Shown: positions 31,420-42,313, counted from the first letter of the stretch. The stretch is DNA of 64,000 bases from Dehalococcoidia bacterium (GCA_029246995.1 JAQWMB010000019.1:3483-67482); one strand, 5' to 3'. Program-made: numbers and translations. The notes: generated by a model not told the origin, from the letters alone.

Positions 31420-32589
31420 ATGAGCAAAAATTTTCTATCCAATGAAAAGCTAAATAAATTTAATCAAAAATCTGTACAATCTTTTAATGAATTCAAGATG
31501 CCTACAAGAAAAGATAGGCCTTGGAGATATACTGATGTTAATCATATTGATCTAGATACGTTTGATTTAAGTAATGCAAGCTGTAAAGTTAATATTACAA
31601 ATAATAATCAATCTGGTATTAACGTAGATTCATTTGAAATTAGTCAAATGGAAGATAACATCAAGCTATTTCCTAATCATATTGGTGTAACTGATGCTAT
31701 TAATACGGATAAATTTTCTTTAGCAAATGATGCTTTTTGGAATCATGGACTTTTAATTCATTCTGATAAAAATGCAGTAACTGAAGAAATAATTAATATT
31801 GATATGATTGCTGACAGTATTGCGGCTTTACCAAGGATAATAATTGTAGCTGAAGAAAATTCTGAAATAAATATTCAAATAAATTCATCATCTGTCAAAA
31901 TGACTCAGTTAGTTATTAGCTCAGTAGAAGTAATTGCGCATAAGTCATCTAGGATAAAATTATTTTTTGTAAGTAATTTTGACCAAGATACTGAAGAATT
32001 TTTGTATATACGTAGTAAAGTAGAAGATAACGCTGATTTAGAAATTGGGCTTTTACCAATTGATGGTAAACTTTTTAAACATACGATAGAAAATTCTCTC
32101 ATTGGAAAAGGTTCAAATGCATCAATTAGAGGTTTTGCATTGGGCAATGAACGGCAACATTTTGACTTTGTAACAATTCAAGATCATGTAGGAAGCAAGA
32201 GTACTTCTAAAGTTGATATTAAATCAGCATTAGGTGATTTTGCAAGGAATATTTATTATGGCATTACGCGAGTTGAAGAATCAGCATCAGATGCTGAGGC
32301 TGAACAATCAAATAGAAACTTGCTATTGTCTTCAAATGCTAAGGCTGATTCTGACCCAGTTTTAGAAATTCTAACTTCTCAAGTTATTAAATGTGGTCAT
32401 GCTGCAACCGTTGGACCAATTGATGATGATGCCTTGTATTACTTACAAAGTAGAGGGTTAACTAAACTTGAATCAACCAAATTACTGGTAGCAGGTTCAT
32501 ATAATCAGACTTTTGAAAATATGCATTTGAATAATATACAAGAAAAATTTTTGAATCAAATTAATGATAAACTGGAGTTAATTAAATGA
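31420..32589 (+). CDS. sufD: Fe-S cluster assembly protein SufD
   Basis: 389 aa, a SufB paralogue-like beta-helix protein following sufB. The C-terminus reads GHAATVGPIDDDALYYLQSRGL. Confidence 0.88.
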   Translation: MSKNFLSNEKLNKFNQKSVQSFNEFKMPTRKDRPWRYTDVNHIDLDTFDLSNASCKVNITNNNQSGINVDSFEISQMEDNIKLFPNHIGVTDAINTDKFSLANDAFWNHGLLIHSDKNAVTEEIINIDMIADSIAALPRIIIVAEENSEINIQINSSSVKMTQLVISSVEVIAHKSSRIKLFFVSNFDQDTEEFLYIRSKVEDNADLEIGLLPIDGKLFKHTIENSLIGKGSNASIRGFALGNERQHFDFVTIQDHVGSKSTSKVDIKSALGDFARNIYYGITRVEESASDAEAEQSNRNLLLSSNAKADSDPVLEILTSQVIKCGHAATVGPIDDDALYYLQSRGLTKLESTKLLVAGSYNQTFENMHLNNIQEKFLNQINDKLELIK

Positions 32590-32894
32590 TTTTTGTTTGC
32601 AAAGCTGACGAAATTACTAATGGTCAGTGCAAATCATTTAACCTGGATGACAATCGTTATTTAATTTCAAATGTCAATGATGTTTATTTTGCTATAGAAG
32701 ATATATGCACTCATGATGGTGAACAATTAAGTGGTGGCAAGTTGCTAGGTAATCAAATTTCATGTCCTAGGCATGGAGCATTATTTGATGTTACTACTGG
32801 TAAAGTTAAATCTTTGCCAGCCTTATATGATGTGAAATCATTCTCAGTTGTTAATAAATCGGGTGATTTATATATTGAGATTGATACTGAATAA
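32586..32894 (+). CDS. Rieske [2Fe-2S] ferredoxin-like protein embedded in the suf operon
   Basis: 102 aa with Rieske ligand motifs CTHDG and CPRHG. The start overlaps the sufD stop by 4 nt. Confidence 0.88.
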   Translation: MIFVCKADEITNGQCKSFNLDDNRYLISNVNDVYFAIEDICTHDGEQLSGGKLLGNQISCPRHGALFDVTTGKVKSLPALYDVKSFSVVNKSGDLYIEIDTE

Positions 32895-34141
32895 TGAAAT
32901 TTAAATTAGATAAACTTGCAAGTAATGTTAAAGCAATTCGTCAAGATTTTCCTATTTTAGATAGGGAGGTTAATGGTAAACGATTAGCATATTTAGACAA
33001 TGCTGCTTCAAGTCAAAGACCAGTATCTGTTATTAATAAATTTAATGAGATATATTCAAATAATTATTCAAATGTACATAGGGGGGTGCACACTCTTTCT
33101 ATGGAATCTACTGAACTATATGAAAATGTACGTAAAAAAATCGCTAATTTTATTAATGTAGATGATCAAAATGAAATCATTTATACAAAAGGAACTACTG
33201 AGTCAATTAACATTGTTGCTCGTGGCTGGGCAAAGTATAATTTAAAAAAAGGGGATAAAGTCGTTTTATCTGAAGTTGAACACCATGCAAATTTAGTTCC
33301 ATGGTTTATGCTTAGAGACGAGATAGGTATTATCATTGAATTTATCCCAGTTCTTGATGACTTTAACTTAGATTTAGATTCTTTAGAAAAAATTATTGAT
33401 AAAAAGACACGACTTGTCGCAGTCTCACAGATATCTAACTCGTTAGGAACTATTATTCCACTTAATCAAATTATTGAGACTGCTCATAGTAATGGAGCAT
33501 TAGTATTAATTGATGCTGCTCAAAGTGCGCCACATCAAAAAATTGATGTGAAGGATTTGGGAGCTGACTTCTTGGTCTTTTCTGCTCATAAATTATTGGG
33601 ACCTAATGGTGTGGGTGTTCTTTGGGCTAAGATGGATATTTTAGAGCAATTTAAGCCATTTATTGGTGGAGGGGATATGATTTCAAAAGTTACTTTTGAA
33701 AATGCAACGTGGAATGAAATCCCTTATAGATTTGAAGCGGGCACACCAAATATTACAGGAGTAATTGCATTTGGTGAGGCAATTGATTATTTGAATAATA
33801 ATAATTATGTTGAGCTTTGTCAGTATGCTCATTATTTGTCTGAATTTGCAAGAAAAGAACTATCAGCTTTATCTTATATAGAAATACTTGGGCCCTCAGA
33901 TCCAAGCTTACGTTCTAGTTTGTTTTCCTTCGATATTAAAGGTGTACATCCTCATGATGTGGCTCAAATATTAGATAGTGCTGGTGTTGCTATTCGTGCT
34001 GGTCATCATTGTGCTCAACCAACTTTGAATAGGTTTGGTTTTTCATCTACAGCAAGAGCATCATTTTATTTGTATAATGATATGAATGATGTAGAACAGT
34101 TTATTGAATCTATTGATTTAGTCGAAAAGAGATTTTTATAA
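32894..34141 (+). CDS. sufS: cysteine desulfurase SufS (class II)
   Basis: 415 aa with HHANLVPW, SAHKLLGPNG (PLP Lys) and RAGHHCAQP (catalytic Cys). Confidence 0.94.
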   Translation: MKFKLDKLASNVKAIRQDFPILDREVNGKRLAYLDNAASSQRPVSVINKFNEIYSNNYSNVHRGVHTLSMESTELYENVRKKIANFINVDDQNEIIYTKGTTESINIVARGWAKYNLKKGDKVVLSEVEHHANLVPWFMLRDEIGIIIEFIPVLDDFNLDLDSLEKIIDKKTRLVAVSQISNSLGTIIPLNQIIETAHSNGALVLIDAAQSAPHQKIDVKDLGADFLVFSAHKLLGPNGVGVLWAKMDILEQFKPFIGGGDMISKVTFENATWNEIPYRFEAGTPNITGVIAFGEAIDYLNNNNYVELCQYAHYLSEFARKELSALSYIEILGPSDPSLRSSLFSFDIKGVHPHDVAQILDSAGVAIRAGHHCAQPTLNRFGFSSTARASFYLYNDMNDVEQFIESIDLVEKRFL

Positions 34142-34581
34142 TGGATGCTTCATTAGATGATTTATATAGAGAAATAATTTTGGATCATAATAGAAATCCA
34201 AGAAATTATGGTGCTCTTAATGAAGGTAATATTGTAGAAATTGAAGAATTTAATCCTTTATGTGGTGACAAGATTGTTTTATATCTTCAGTCTGATAAAG
34301 AGATTATTGTCAATGTGCACTTTACTGGAGAAGGATGTTCAATTTCACAAGCATCTGCATCTATTATGACAGATTTAATGATAGGTAAAAAAATTAATGA
34401 AGCTGATGAGTTGTTAGATAAATTTCGTCTTTATATGACTGATTTAAATAATAGTGAGCCTGATGTTAATTTGGGTGATATAGATGCCTTTCAAGGTGTA
34501 AAAAAGTTCCCAGCACGGGTTAAATGTGCAGGTCTTGCTTGGAATAGCTTAGGTAAAGCGCTTCAAGAGCTGAATAGTTAA
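34141..34581 (+). CDS. sufU: SufU-type sulfur acceptor / scaffold (IscU-like)
   Basis: 146 aa with NPLCGD, GEGCSISQASAS and KCAGLAW. Confidence 0.9.
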   Translation: MDASLDDLYREIILDHNRNPRNYGALNEGNIVEIEEFNPLCGDKIVLYLQSDKEIIVNVHFTGEGCSISQASASIMTDLMIGKKINEADELLDKFRLYMTDLNNSEPDVNLGDIDAFQGVKKFPARVKCAGLAWNSLGKALQELNS

Positions 34582-34592
34582 TTAAGGAGGTT

Positions 34593-34943
34593 TTGATGTC
34601 AAAAGAAGTAAATCAAGATGAAAGTTTGAATGAGGATGAATATACAAGTGAGTCTTTAATGAAAGTTTTACAAGTTATTGAAGATCCTGAATTAAAGATG
34701 AGCATTGTTGACTTAGGACTCATTTATAAGATTGTAGTTTCTGATGATTTAAATATAACTGTCGATATGACTTTAACATCACCAGGGTGTCCGGTTGGCC
34801 CACTTATTCAAAGTCAAATTTACTACAAGTTAATGGATTTAGAGAATATTGATGATGTAGTTGTGGATATTGTATGGGATCCTCCATGGGATCCAAAAAC
34901 AATGGCTTCTGATGAAGTTAAATTAATGCTAGGAATATTTTAA
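34593..34943 (+). CDS. sufT: DUF59 / SufT-family Fe-S assembly protein
   Basis: 116 aa with the DUF59 motif TLTSPGCP. It is the terminal gene of the suf operon. Confidence 0.85.
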   Translation: MMSKEVNQDESLNEDEYTSESLMKVLQVIEDPELKMSIVDLGLIYKIVVSDDLNITVDMTLTSPGCPVGPLIQSQIYYKLMDLENIDDVVVDIVWDPPWDPKTMASDEVKLMLGIF

Positions 34944-35551
34944 TTTCTTAAGCCAATTCCCTTACCATATTTTGGTTGACCAAAGAGAATATTTTGTTCA
35001 CTAGAACATTTTAATTTACTGTTGAAAGAATTGTTTTTTTCCGGATTATTTACTACTGAACATATTCCATATTTAACTTTATTAACATTGATTGTTAGTT
35101 TATTGCCATTATTAATTATTTCAAATTCATCTAAATTCTTTTTTTGTTGATTTGATAGAATAGCACCAATGTTAGTGAAGTAGGTATTATTACATGTACT
35201 TGAAAAAACTGGGTTAAACTCTTTGATTTTTATATCTTTTCTGAAAGATATATTACAGCCAGTATTAGGATCTCTAGAATAGAATGCTCTAATACTGTTG
35301 TTGTTTTCTTTGATAAACCACACTCCATGTACATCATTTTTTTCATCATGACCAAATCTAATAATTGGATAAAATTTACTACCAGATAAATTAACTTCTT
35401 GAGAATCTATACTGAAAGTAGATGATTCATCATCATCATTAAAAATCATTAATGAGCATGATAAGCTAAATATAAATAAAAAGAATATTGAGAAAGTCCG
35501 AAAAAGCGTCCTGGAAGTTTTTTTATTTTTTGTAATAATTTTTCTTTTCAA
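34940..35551 (-). CDS. hypothetical secreted protein / lipoprotein
   Basis: 203 aa with a basic N-terminus, a hydrophobic segment and a possible lipobox (FSLSC). Asn-rich, with several Cys. No family recognised. Confidence 0.5.
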   Translation of the reverse strand: MKRKIITKNKKTSRTLFRTFSIFFLFIFSLSCSLMIFNDDDESSTFSIDSQEVNLSGSKFYPIIRFGHDEKNDVHGVWFIKENNNSIRAFYSRDPNTGCNISFRKDIKIKEFNPVFSSTCNNTYFTNIGAILSNQQKKNLDEFEIINNGNKLTINVNKVKYGICSVVNNPEKNNSFNSKLKCSSEQNILFGQPKYGKGIGLRN

Positions 35552-35654
35552 AATGATTGTAATTATTTTATTAAATTATACTTCATTGATAATTGCTATA
35601 TTATTTATAAATATTACAATATTTTTATTCTTGAAGTAATGGGGAAAGACTATA

Positions 35655-37262
35655 ATGCAATTAAGACGAAGGCAGTTCTTAAATTTAACAGGCATGTCAC
35701 TATTTGGATTTATAATGAATGCTTGTAGTAATAATCGATCTTTGAATTCTCTTAGTAATGAGCAGCAATTATTTTTAAATAAATTTGATTCTCCAGATAT
35801 TATATCTAGGGCAAGTAGTTATGTTATTGGCTTATATAGTATTAGCGATCAATTATTGATGGATAATTATATATTTCCTTTAACTTATTCAACATTACTT
35901 GATTTTGATATAACTGACGGTAAGCTATATTCTGATATTGCAAAGAATTTAGAAATCATTAACTCTAAGAATTTCTTATTTACAATTCGAGAAGATATTT
36001 TTTTTCACCCAGATGAAAATGGTTTTGCCGAACCTTTAACAGCTGAAGATATCAAAAATGATTTTAATAAGAGAATTAAAAATAAAGAACCTTTTTTCTA
36101 TAATGTTATTAAAAGCTTAGAGATTGTAAATAATAAATTATTAATTTCATTAAAAAATCCTTTTCCATATTTTATTGAATTTATCTCAAATAGCTCTGTT
36201 GCTGGAATAAGACATTCCAAAGTTTATGAAAAAGGCTCTTTATTTCGTGGATCTGGCCCTTATATCCCCGTTCAAGTTAATAAAAATGATTACACACTCG
36301 TTGCTAATACCTTCTATCATGAAGATAGATTGCCTTTGCTAAATTTTATTTATATTAAGAAATATTTTGATATTAGCATAATGAAGAAAGATTTTTCTGA
36401 TAATTCCTTTGATTTAATTTTATCTAATCAATTCGTAAACTCGTTAAATTCCATTGCATTGAGTCAGATTAAGTTAAAAAATCCATCAAAAGAAATTATA
36501 ATTTTTGCATTGTCAATGGCTCAAAATAAAGGTGGAACAGATGTTAAATATATTGAAGCCTTTCAAAATCCTAAAGTTAGGAAAGCGATATCAAAAAGTA
36601 TCAATCGTAATTTATTAATTGAAGAATTTGATGGATTCATTACTGGAACAGTCCCTCCGTCTTTTCCATTAGATGCTTTGAATGAATCTGAAATTAATCA
36701 AATTGATTTTATGATTTATGATCCAATTGAGGCAAAGCAATTGTTATTAGATAGTGGCTTTAGTGGTTTAGAATTTAGAATTGATTTGCCTAATACAGTC
36801 TTTTTTAGTACGCTAGGTGTCCTTTTAGCAAAGCAATTATCTAAAGTAGGGTTTGAACCACGACTTGTTTTTAGTGATGTAGATAAACTTAAAAATAGTT
36901 TAGAACTTGGTGATTTTGAAGCCGTGCTATATACGCAGAAGTTTGATATTTCACCTGACGTTGGCTTAATGATGAATACCTCATTGGGTATTAATAATCA
37001 ATATTCTAAAACTGGTTTTTCTAGTCCGCTATACGATTATGAGATTGAAAAATCTTTTTATGAATACGATCCTATTAAAAGAGGTGAATTAGCAAAAAAA
37101 GCTCAAAAAAATTTATTCGAGCAATCACCAGCAGAAGTACCTCTTTTTTGTACTGCTGATATTGGTTTATCTAATAAACTTATAAGTGGTTTTCAATTTG
37201 AAAAACTTTCAAGTAATTTTAAAATTTTTAGTAAGTATTGGGTTAAGGATGTATCTAGTTAG
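35655..37262 (+). CDS. family-5 (peptide/nickel type) ABC substrate-binding lipoprotein with a Tat-like signal, no cognate permease/ATPase nearby
   Basis: 535 aa. The N-terminus MQLRRRQFLNLTGMSLFGFIMNAC carries a twin-arginine motif plus a lipobox Cys. Length and pattern fit the SBP_bac_5 class. Confidence 0.72.
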   Translation: MQLRRRQFLNLTGMSLFGFIMNACSNNRSLNSLSNEQQLFLNKFDSPDIISRASSYVIGLYSISDQLLMDNYIFPLTYSTLLDFDITDGKLYSDIAKNLEIINSKNFLFTIREDIFFHPDENGFAEPLTAEDIKNDFNKRIKNKEPFFYNVIKSLEIVNNKLLISLKNPFPYFIEFISNSSVAGIRHSKVYEKGSLFRGSGPYIPVQVNKNDYTLVANTFYHEDRLPLLNFIYIKKYFDISIMKKDFSDNSFDLILSNQFVNSLNSIALSQIKLKNPSKEIIIFALSMAQNKGGTDVKYIEAFQNPKVRKAISKSINRNLLIEEFDGFITGTVPPSFPLDALNESEINQIDFMIYDPIEAKQLLLDSGFSGLEFRIDLPNTVFFSTLGVLLAKQLSKVGFEPRLVFSDVDKLKNSLELGDFEAVLYTQKFDISPDVGLMMNTSLGINNQYSKTGFSSPLYDYEIEKSFYEYDPIKRGELAKKAQKNLFEQSPAEVPLFCTADIGLSNKLISGFQFEKLSSNFKIFSKYWVKDVSS

Positions 37263-37801
37263 TTATCAATTATTTTTGATAAACTGTGTAATCCACTAAC
37301 CCTAGTAATTTTATTATTTAAACTATAATCTTCATTATATTTCCAGTTTCTAAGAAATAGCTTGCATTGAGTTAACTCAGATAATAAATGTATGGTATGT
37401 GCATCATCATCAATATGTTCATTTGCACCAATTTCTATAATTTTATTTAATTTGTAATGCGAACTATTATCTTTAGTATTATTAAAAATAATATTTGTAA
37501 AAAATTTTTCAATGTTATAATTTTTTAACCAATTCTTTGGACTACTTCTTCTTCCAGTTAGTAATACTAGTTCTCTTTTTGAAAATAATAATTCTAATGC
37601 ATTATGTGTATCTGGTAAAATTGGTCTAAAGGCATATCTTAGCTTATCTAATGGCTCACGAAAAAATTTTGGTGGGACTATAGCTTTTTTTGGTAGTATT
37701 TTAGATTGAATACTTTTTTTATTTATACCTAACTTAAATGGATAGGGAGTGCCACAAATTACTCCATCAAAATCTATAGTAAGAATCTTTTTTTGTTTCA
37801 T
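37259..37801 (-). CDS. HAD-superfamily hydrolase-like protein
   Basis: 180 aa with the N-terminal HAD motif I, LTIDFDGVI. The start is 1 nt after the PrpD-like stop. Confidence 0.55.
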   Translation of the reverse strand: MKQKKILTIDFDGVICGTPYPFKLGINKKSIQSKILPKKAIVPPKFFREPLDKLRYAFRPILPDTHNALELLFSKRELVLLTGRRSSPKNWLKNYNIEKFFTNIIFNNTKDNSSHYKLNKIIEIGANEHIDDDAHTIHLLSELTQCKLFLRNWKYNEDYSLNNKITRVSGLHSLSKIIDN

Positions 37802-37802
37802 T

Positions 37803-39197
37803 TTATATTCTAATTTTTTTTAGAGAATTGATCATTTTTTTGGGTGTGAAATTGTTTGTTTTTATCAAGAATGAGTGCACAAAGATATCTACTTCTTTCT
37901 CTTTTAAAATACTACTAGTTAGTGTGATAAATTTCTTTTTTAATTCATAATTTGTTACTCTGTTTTCTGGATCTCCAAGGGGATAGAGAATATTTTTATT
38001 CATCGATTTGCGATCTTGCATGTTAATTGTTATATTACTTGGCCATTTTTTAGGGTAATATTTGTCTAAAATATGATTAGTTGTAAAGGTAATATTTTTA
38101 GCTAAGCTAAGAACTTTTTTGTCTTTGATTGTTTTTTCTGTAAATCTTTCTGGACCAAGATCTCCATAAATTAAAGCTGATGCAATGCAAAATGGAAGAT
38201 TAAATTTTGCTGCATAAGGAGTATTAGCTGAAACATCAGATAGCAATTCTAATGCTTGAGAATATATTTCAATTTCAACCGATTTAATTTTATCATAATG
38301 AATTGAGTATTCATTTTTTAACTGTAAAGCACCTTCAACTGCAGGATGTGTATGACGACATGATGCATACATTTTGAATGATACATTTTCTATTTTCCAT
38401 TTTTTTTGATTTAATGATAAATCCTTAATAATTTTCAATGGTTTTGCCTTGGGAGCCATCGCTGCAAAAATACCTTTTTCCCCTTCAATAATCTTAGTAG
38501 CACTAGAGAAGTTATTTTTTGCTAACAAGCATGCTAATATGCCATCATGTGCTGCTTTAGCAGGATGTAGTTGTTTTGACATAGCTCCATCATTAAGGAA
38601 TTCCCATAATCCTGCAGTCATAGTTCCTGCTGATCCAATTGCCATTAAAGTTTGCTCTGTATTAAATTTTGAAATCCTAGATATTGCTGCAGCTACACCA
38701 ATTGTTCCAGCAGTACCAGTTGTATGCCAGAACTTATAATGCTCTGTACCCAATACTTCACCTACTCTAATCATTACCTCGTAACCAATAATTATTGCAT
38801 CTAATAAATCGTTCATATTCTTTTTTTGATATTCGGCAGTAGCTAAAGCAGATGCAATAATTGAAGATCCTGGATGTGAAATAGATCCTCTGTCTAAATC
38901 ATCCATCTCTATGACATGTGCTGCAGCAGCATTAATAAATGCGGCATGAGTGATGCTCGTAGATTTATGACTAAATAGTATTGTTGCCTGTCCTTTGCCG
39001 CCTAACTCAGACAATGTTTTTTCAATAGCTTGAATAGGCTTAGTTTTGCTACCAGCTATCACTGATGCAATCCAATCAATTAGATACCTTTTTGCAATTT
39101 TACGTGTTTGCTGATTAATCTTAGCATTAACAATAAAATCTGCTATTTCCTTAGAGATATGTTTTTTTGCCATACATTTATTATACAATTGTGACAT
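37803..39197 (-). CDS. MmgE/PrpD family protein (2-methylcitrate dehydratase-like)
   Basis: 464 aa. Length and overall pattern resemble PrpD-family proteins. Citrate synthase and acyl-CoA synthetase genes are nearby. Called from recognition only. Confidence 0.7.
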   Translation of the reverse strand: MSQLYNKCMAKKHISKEIADFIVNAKINQQTRKIAKRYLIDWIASVIAGSKTKPIQAIEKTLSELGGKGQATILFSHKSTSITHAAFINAAAAHVIEMDDLDRGSISHPGSSIIASALATAEYQKKNMNDLLDAIIIGYEVMIRVGEVLGTEHYKFWHTTGTAGTIGVAAAISRISKFNTEQTLMAIGSAGTMTAGLWEFLNDGAMSKQLHPAKAAHDGILACLLAKNNFSSATKIIEGEKGIFAAMAPKAKPLKIIKDLSLNQKKWKIENVSFKMYASCRHTHPAVEGALQLKNEYSIHYDKIKSVEIEIYSQALELLSDVSANTPYAAKFNLPFCIASALIYGDLGPERFTEKTIKDKKVLSLAKNITFTTNHILDKYYPKKWPSNITINMQDRKSMNKNILYPLGDPENRVTNYELKKKFITLTSSILKEKEVDIFVHSFLIKTNNFTPKKMINSLKKIRI

Positions 39198-39248
39198 TAT
39201 TTATGCTTGCTTAATCAATAGATAGTAAGATGTTAGTTAGGTACTCGA

Positions 39249-40238
39249 ATGCATGCTGTAATTATTTCACAACCCGGTGATCCAGATGTTTTAAAGTTAC
39301 AAGAATTGCCTGATCCTACAATCAATGACAATGAAGTGTTAATTCAAGTTGCAGGGGCAGGCGTCAATAGAGCAGATCTTTTACAGCGAAGAGGCTTGTA
39401 TCCAAGTCCAGAAGGATATCGAGATGAATTACCAGGCTTAGAAATATCTGGCATTATTATCAGGCTAGGAAAGAATGTTCCTGATAAATGGAGAATTAAT
39501 CAAGAAGTAATGGCATTAGTTGATGGTGAAGGGTATGCATCACTAGCGGCAGTTGATTATAAAATGCTTATGCCTGTTCCTAAAAATATCGATTTATTAC
39601 ATGCAGCTGCTATTCCAGAAGTTTTTTTAACAGCTTATGATGCCTTAGTTTTACAATGCGGATTAAAACGTCAAGATAAAATATTGATACATGCAGCTGG
39701 TTCTGGTGTTGGCACTGCTGCTATACAAATTGCGAGTAGATTTAATTGTGATATTTATGGTACTGCTAGCAATAATGACAAGCTTGCCTTTGCTAAATCT
39801 TTAGGTTTAAATCATGGAATAAATTACAATATAGATAAATTTGATGATTATATTTCTAACAACACAAATCAATTAGGTGTAGATATCATATTAGATGTTG
39901 TTGGTTCTAATTATTTTGAACAGAATATTAATTCTTTATCGATCATGGGGCGCATGATAGTCATAGGCCTGCTGAGTGGAGACAAGGTAAATTTATCATT
40001 GAATAAAATTTTAAGAAGAAGACTACACATCATAGGTACTGTTTTGCGTTCACGAACTCGTGATGAAAAAATTGTTTTAACCAATGAATTTTCAGTCAAT
40101 TTTTTAGATTATTTTTATTCTAGTAATGTTAAGCCAGTAGTAGATCAAGTTTTTTCTGCAGATGAAGCAAATCAAGCACATGCTTTTATGGAAAATAATC
40201 TAAATACAGGTAAAATTATTCTTGATTTTACGTTATGA
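39249..40238 (+). CDS. NAD(P)H:quinone oxidoreductase (zinc-independent MDR, Qor/PIG3 type)
   Basis: 329 aa with GVNRADLLQRRGLYP and the nucleotide fold HAAGSGVGTAAIQIA. Confidence 0.82.
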   Translation: MHAVIISQPGDPDVLKLQELPDPTINDNEVLIQVAGAGVNRADLLQRRGLYPSPEGYRDELPGLEISGIIIRLGKNVPDKWRINQEVMALVDGEGYASLAAVDYKMLMPVPKNIDLLHAAAIPEVFLTAYDALVLQCGLKRQDKILIHAAGSGVGTAAIQIASRFNCDIYGTASNNDKLAFAKSLGLNHGINYNIDKFDDYISNNTNQLGVDIILDVVGSNYFEQNINSLSIMGRMIVIGLLSGDKVNLSLNKILRRRLHIIGTVLRSRTRDEKIVLTNEFSVNFLDYFYSSNVKPVVDQVFSADEANQAHAFMENNLNTGKIILDFTL

Positions 40239-40240
40239 AA

Positions 40241-41161
40241 TTATAGTAGAATATTATTTTTTACTAACCATAAAAGTAAAGTTAATGTAAAGAAACTCAG
40301 TGTAGTTGAACCTACTACGATTGTGGTAGCAAGTTCTGGCTTTGCATTAAATTCAGTTGCTAAAATTATAGTAAAGACTGCAGTAGGTAGCCCAGCAGAA
40401 ACAATGAGTACATTACTATAAATATCCGGTAGGCCTATAATGTAAGTAATAAAAAACATTAAAATGGGCGCAATGCAAAGTCTAAAACCTATTGCTGCGC
40501 AAGCATCTTTTATTGATTTGGCTTCAACGCCCTTATATATTTGTAAACCTAAAACTAGTAACATGGTTGGTATGGCAGCATCACCAAGAAAATTGATTGA
40601 TTTCATCATTGTTTGTGGCATTTCTAAGTTACTAAAGTTAAAAATTACTCCTAAAATTGAAGCATAAACCATTGGATATTTTAGAAATTCAAACATTGAT
40701 GCCTTAGACATTTTATTTGCTCTTGAAGCAATAAAAACATTCACGGTTGAGTACAGCGTTGTATTGGCAACCAGAAAAATAATTGCTACCTCCAATCCAA
40801 TATCACCAAAACCTAAATAGCCAATTGGTAAGCCCATATTACCAGCATTAATTGTAGTGACAGAAAGTGAAAAACTTGCTTTAGTTTCATCATCATGTGA
40901 TTTTTTTCTTATTATACTCCAGACTCTAGCCCATACCAAACCAATAAAAAAAATGCTCCATGTTGCGATAATTACTTTAATTGCTATGTCATTGCTCATT
41001 GTAGATTCAGACAAAGATCGAAAAATTAATGCTGGGCTAAATAAATAAAATACTGAAGCAGATATTGACTTGATGTCTATGGATTTATATTTCCCAAGGA
41101 TAATTCCTGTTACAGCAATAAGATATACTGGTAAAATAACTTCCAACAATATCGATATCAT
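40241..41161 (-). CDS. AEC (auxin efflux carrier) family membrane transporter
   Basis: 306 aa with about 10 TM segments arranged in two halves, as in the PF03547 class. Confidence 0.65.
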   Translation of the reverse strand: MISILLEVILPVYLIAVTGIILGKYKSIDIKSISASVFYLFSPALIFRSLSESTMSNDIAIKVIIATWSIFFIGLVWARVWSIIRKKSHDDETKASFSLSVTTINAGNMGLPIGYLGFGDIGLEVAIIFLVANTTLYSTVNVFIASRANKMSKASMFEFLKYPMVYASILGVIFNFSNLEMPQTMMKSINFLGDAAIPTMLLVLGLQIYKGVEAKSIKDACAAIGFRLCIAPILMFFITYIIGLPDIYSNVLIVSAGLPTAVFTIILATEFNAKPELATTIVVGSTTLSFFTLTLLLWLVKNNILL

Positions 41162-41182
41162 TTTTCCCCTTATATCAGATTA

Positions 41183-42313
41183 TTATCTCTTTTCAATTGG
41201 GATGTATTCTCTTTGATGAGGGCCATTGTATTCTAGTAATGGCCTGATCAAAATATTTTTCTCATATTGTTCAATAATACTTATAATCCAGCCTGGTATT
41301 CTACCAATAGCAAAAATTGGTACAAAAAATTCATGAGGAATATTTAATAGATAATAAACAACTCCAGCGTAGAAATCAACATTAGCTGCAACTCCTAGTC
41401 TTTTATAGGGAGCCATTTCTTTTTCAACAGCATCTAATATTTGTAGCCACTGCATTTCATTAAATTTTTCGGATAAATCTTTTACCCCACTTTTAAGGTG
41501 TTTGGCTCTAGGGTCTTCTGTTCGATATACTCTATGGCCAAAGCCCATAATTGGTTCTTTATTTTTTCTCTTAGTTTTAACATATTGCTCTGCATTTTTT
41601 GGATTTTCAATTTCTAATGCCATTGTCATAACATTTTCTGCGGCTCCACCATGTGCTGGTCCAGATAATGCAGCAATTGCAGCAGTTATCGATGCATATA
41701 CATTTGCGCCAGTTCCGGCGACTACTCTTGCAGTAAATGATGATGCATTTGAACTGTGTTCAGCATGTAATATAAAATCTTTATCAATTAATGTCGATTC
41801 ATCTTTAGAAGGTAATTTATTGGACATCATATATAAAAAATTTTCTGCATGATTTAATTCTTTATTTGGATGTACAATAGCTTCATTTTCACGGATCCTT
41901 TTATGAAAGGCTATAATAGTTGGCGTTTTTGCAATGATATTTATGCCAATTTCTTTGACCTCTTCTAATACATGTGAATTGTTATTTTCTAGCCCGCCTA
42001 AATATGAGAAAGAAGTTTGTAGCACATCCATTGGGTGTGAATCTTTCATGTTCGTTATAAGTTCAATTAATTTTTGAGGTATATTTCTTTTTTCAGCTAT
42101 TTTTTCTTTATATTCATGTAGTTGTTTCAGATTAGGAAGATAACCTTCAATTAATAAGTAACAGATTTCTTCAAATGTTGATTGTTCTGCAAGATCGTCT
42201 ATAGAATAGCCTCTATAGAGCAGTATGCCTTTTTTACCATCAATAAAGGTTACATTCGATCTATCAAAATAAACTCCTTGTAAGCCTCTGTGGATTTCAC
42301 TCTTATCTGACAT
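41183..42313 (-). CDS. citrate synthase / 2-methylcitrate synthase (short type)
   Basis: 376 aa with the signature GFGHRVYRTEDPRA and the catalytic-His context LHAEHSSNAS. Confidence 0.9.
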   Translation of the reverse strand: MSDKSEIHRGLQGVYFDRSNVTFIDGKKGILLYRGYSIDDLAEQSTFEEICYLLIEGYLPNLKQLHEYKEKIAEKRNIPQKLIELITNMKDSHPMDVLQTSFSYLGGLENNNSHVLEEVKEIGINIIAKTPTIIAFHKRIRENEAIVHPNKELNHAENFLYMMSNKLPSKDESTLIDKDFILHAEHSSNASSFTARVVAGTGANVYASITAAIAALSGPAHGGAAENVMTMALEIENPKNAEQYVKTKRKNKEPIMGFGHRVYRTEDPRAKHLKSGVKDLSEKFNEMQWLQILDAVEKEMAPYKRLGVAANVDFYAGVVYYLLNIPHEFFVPIFAIGRIPGWIISIIEQYEKNILIRPLLEYNGPHQREYIPIEKR

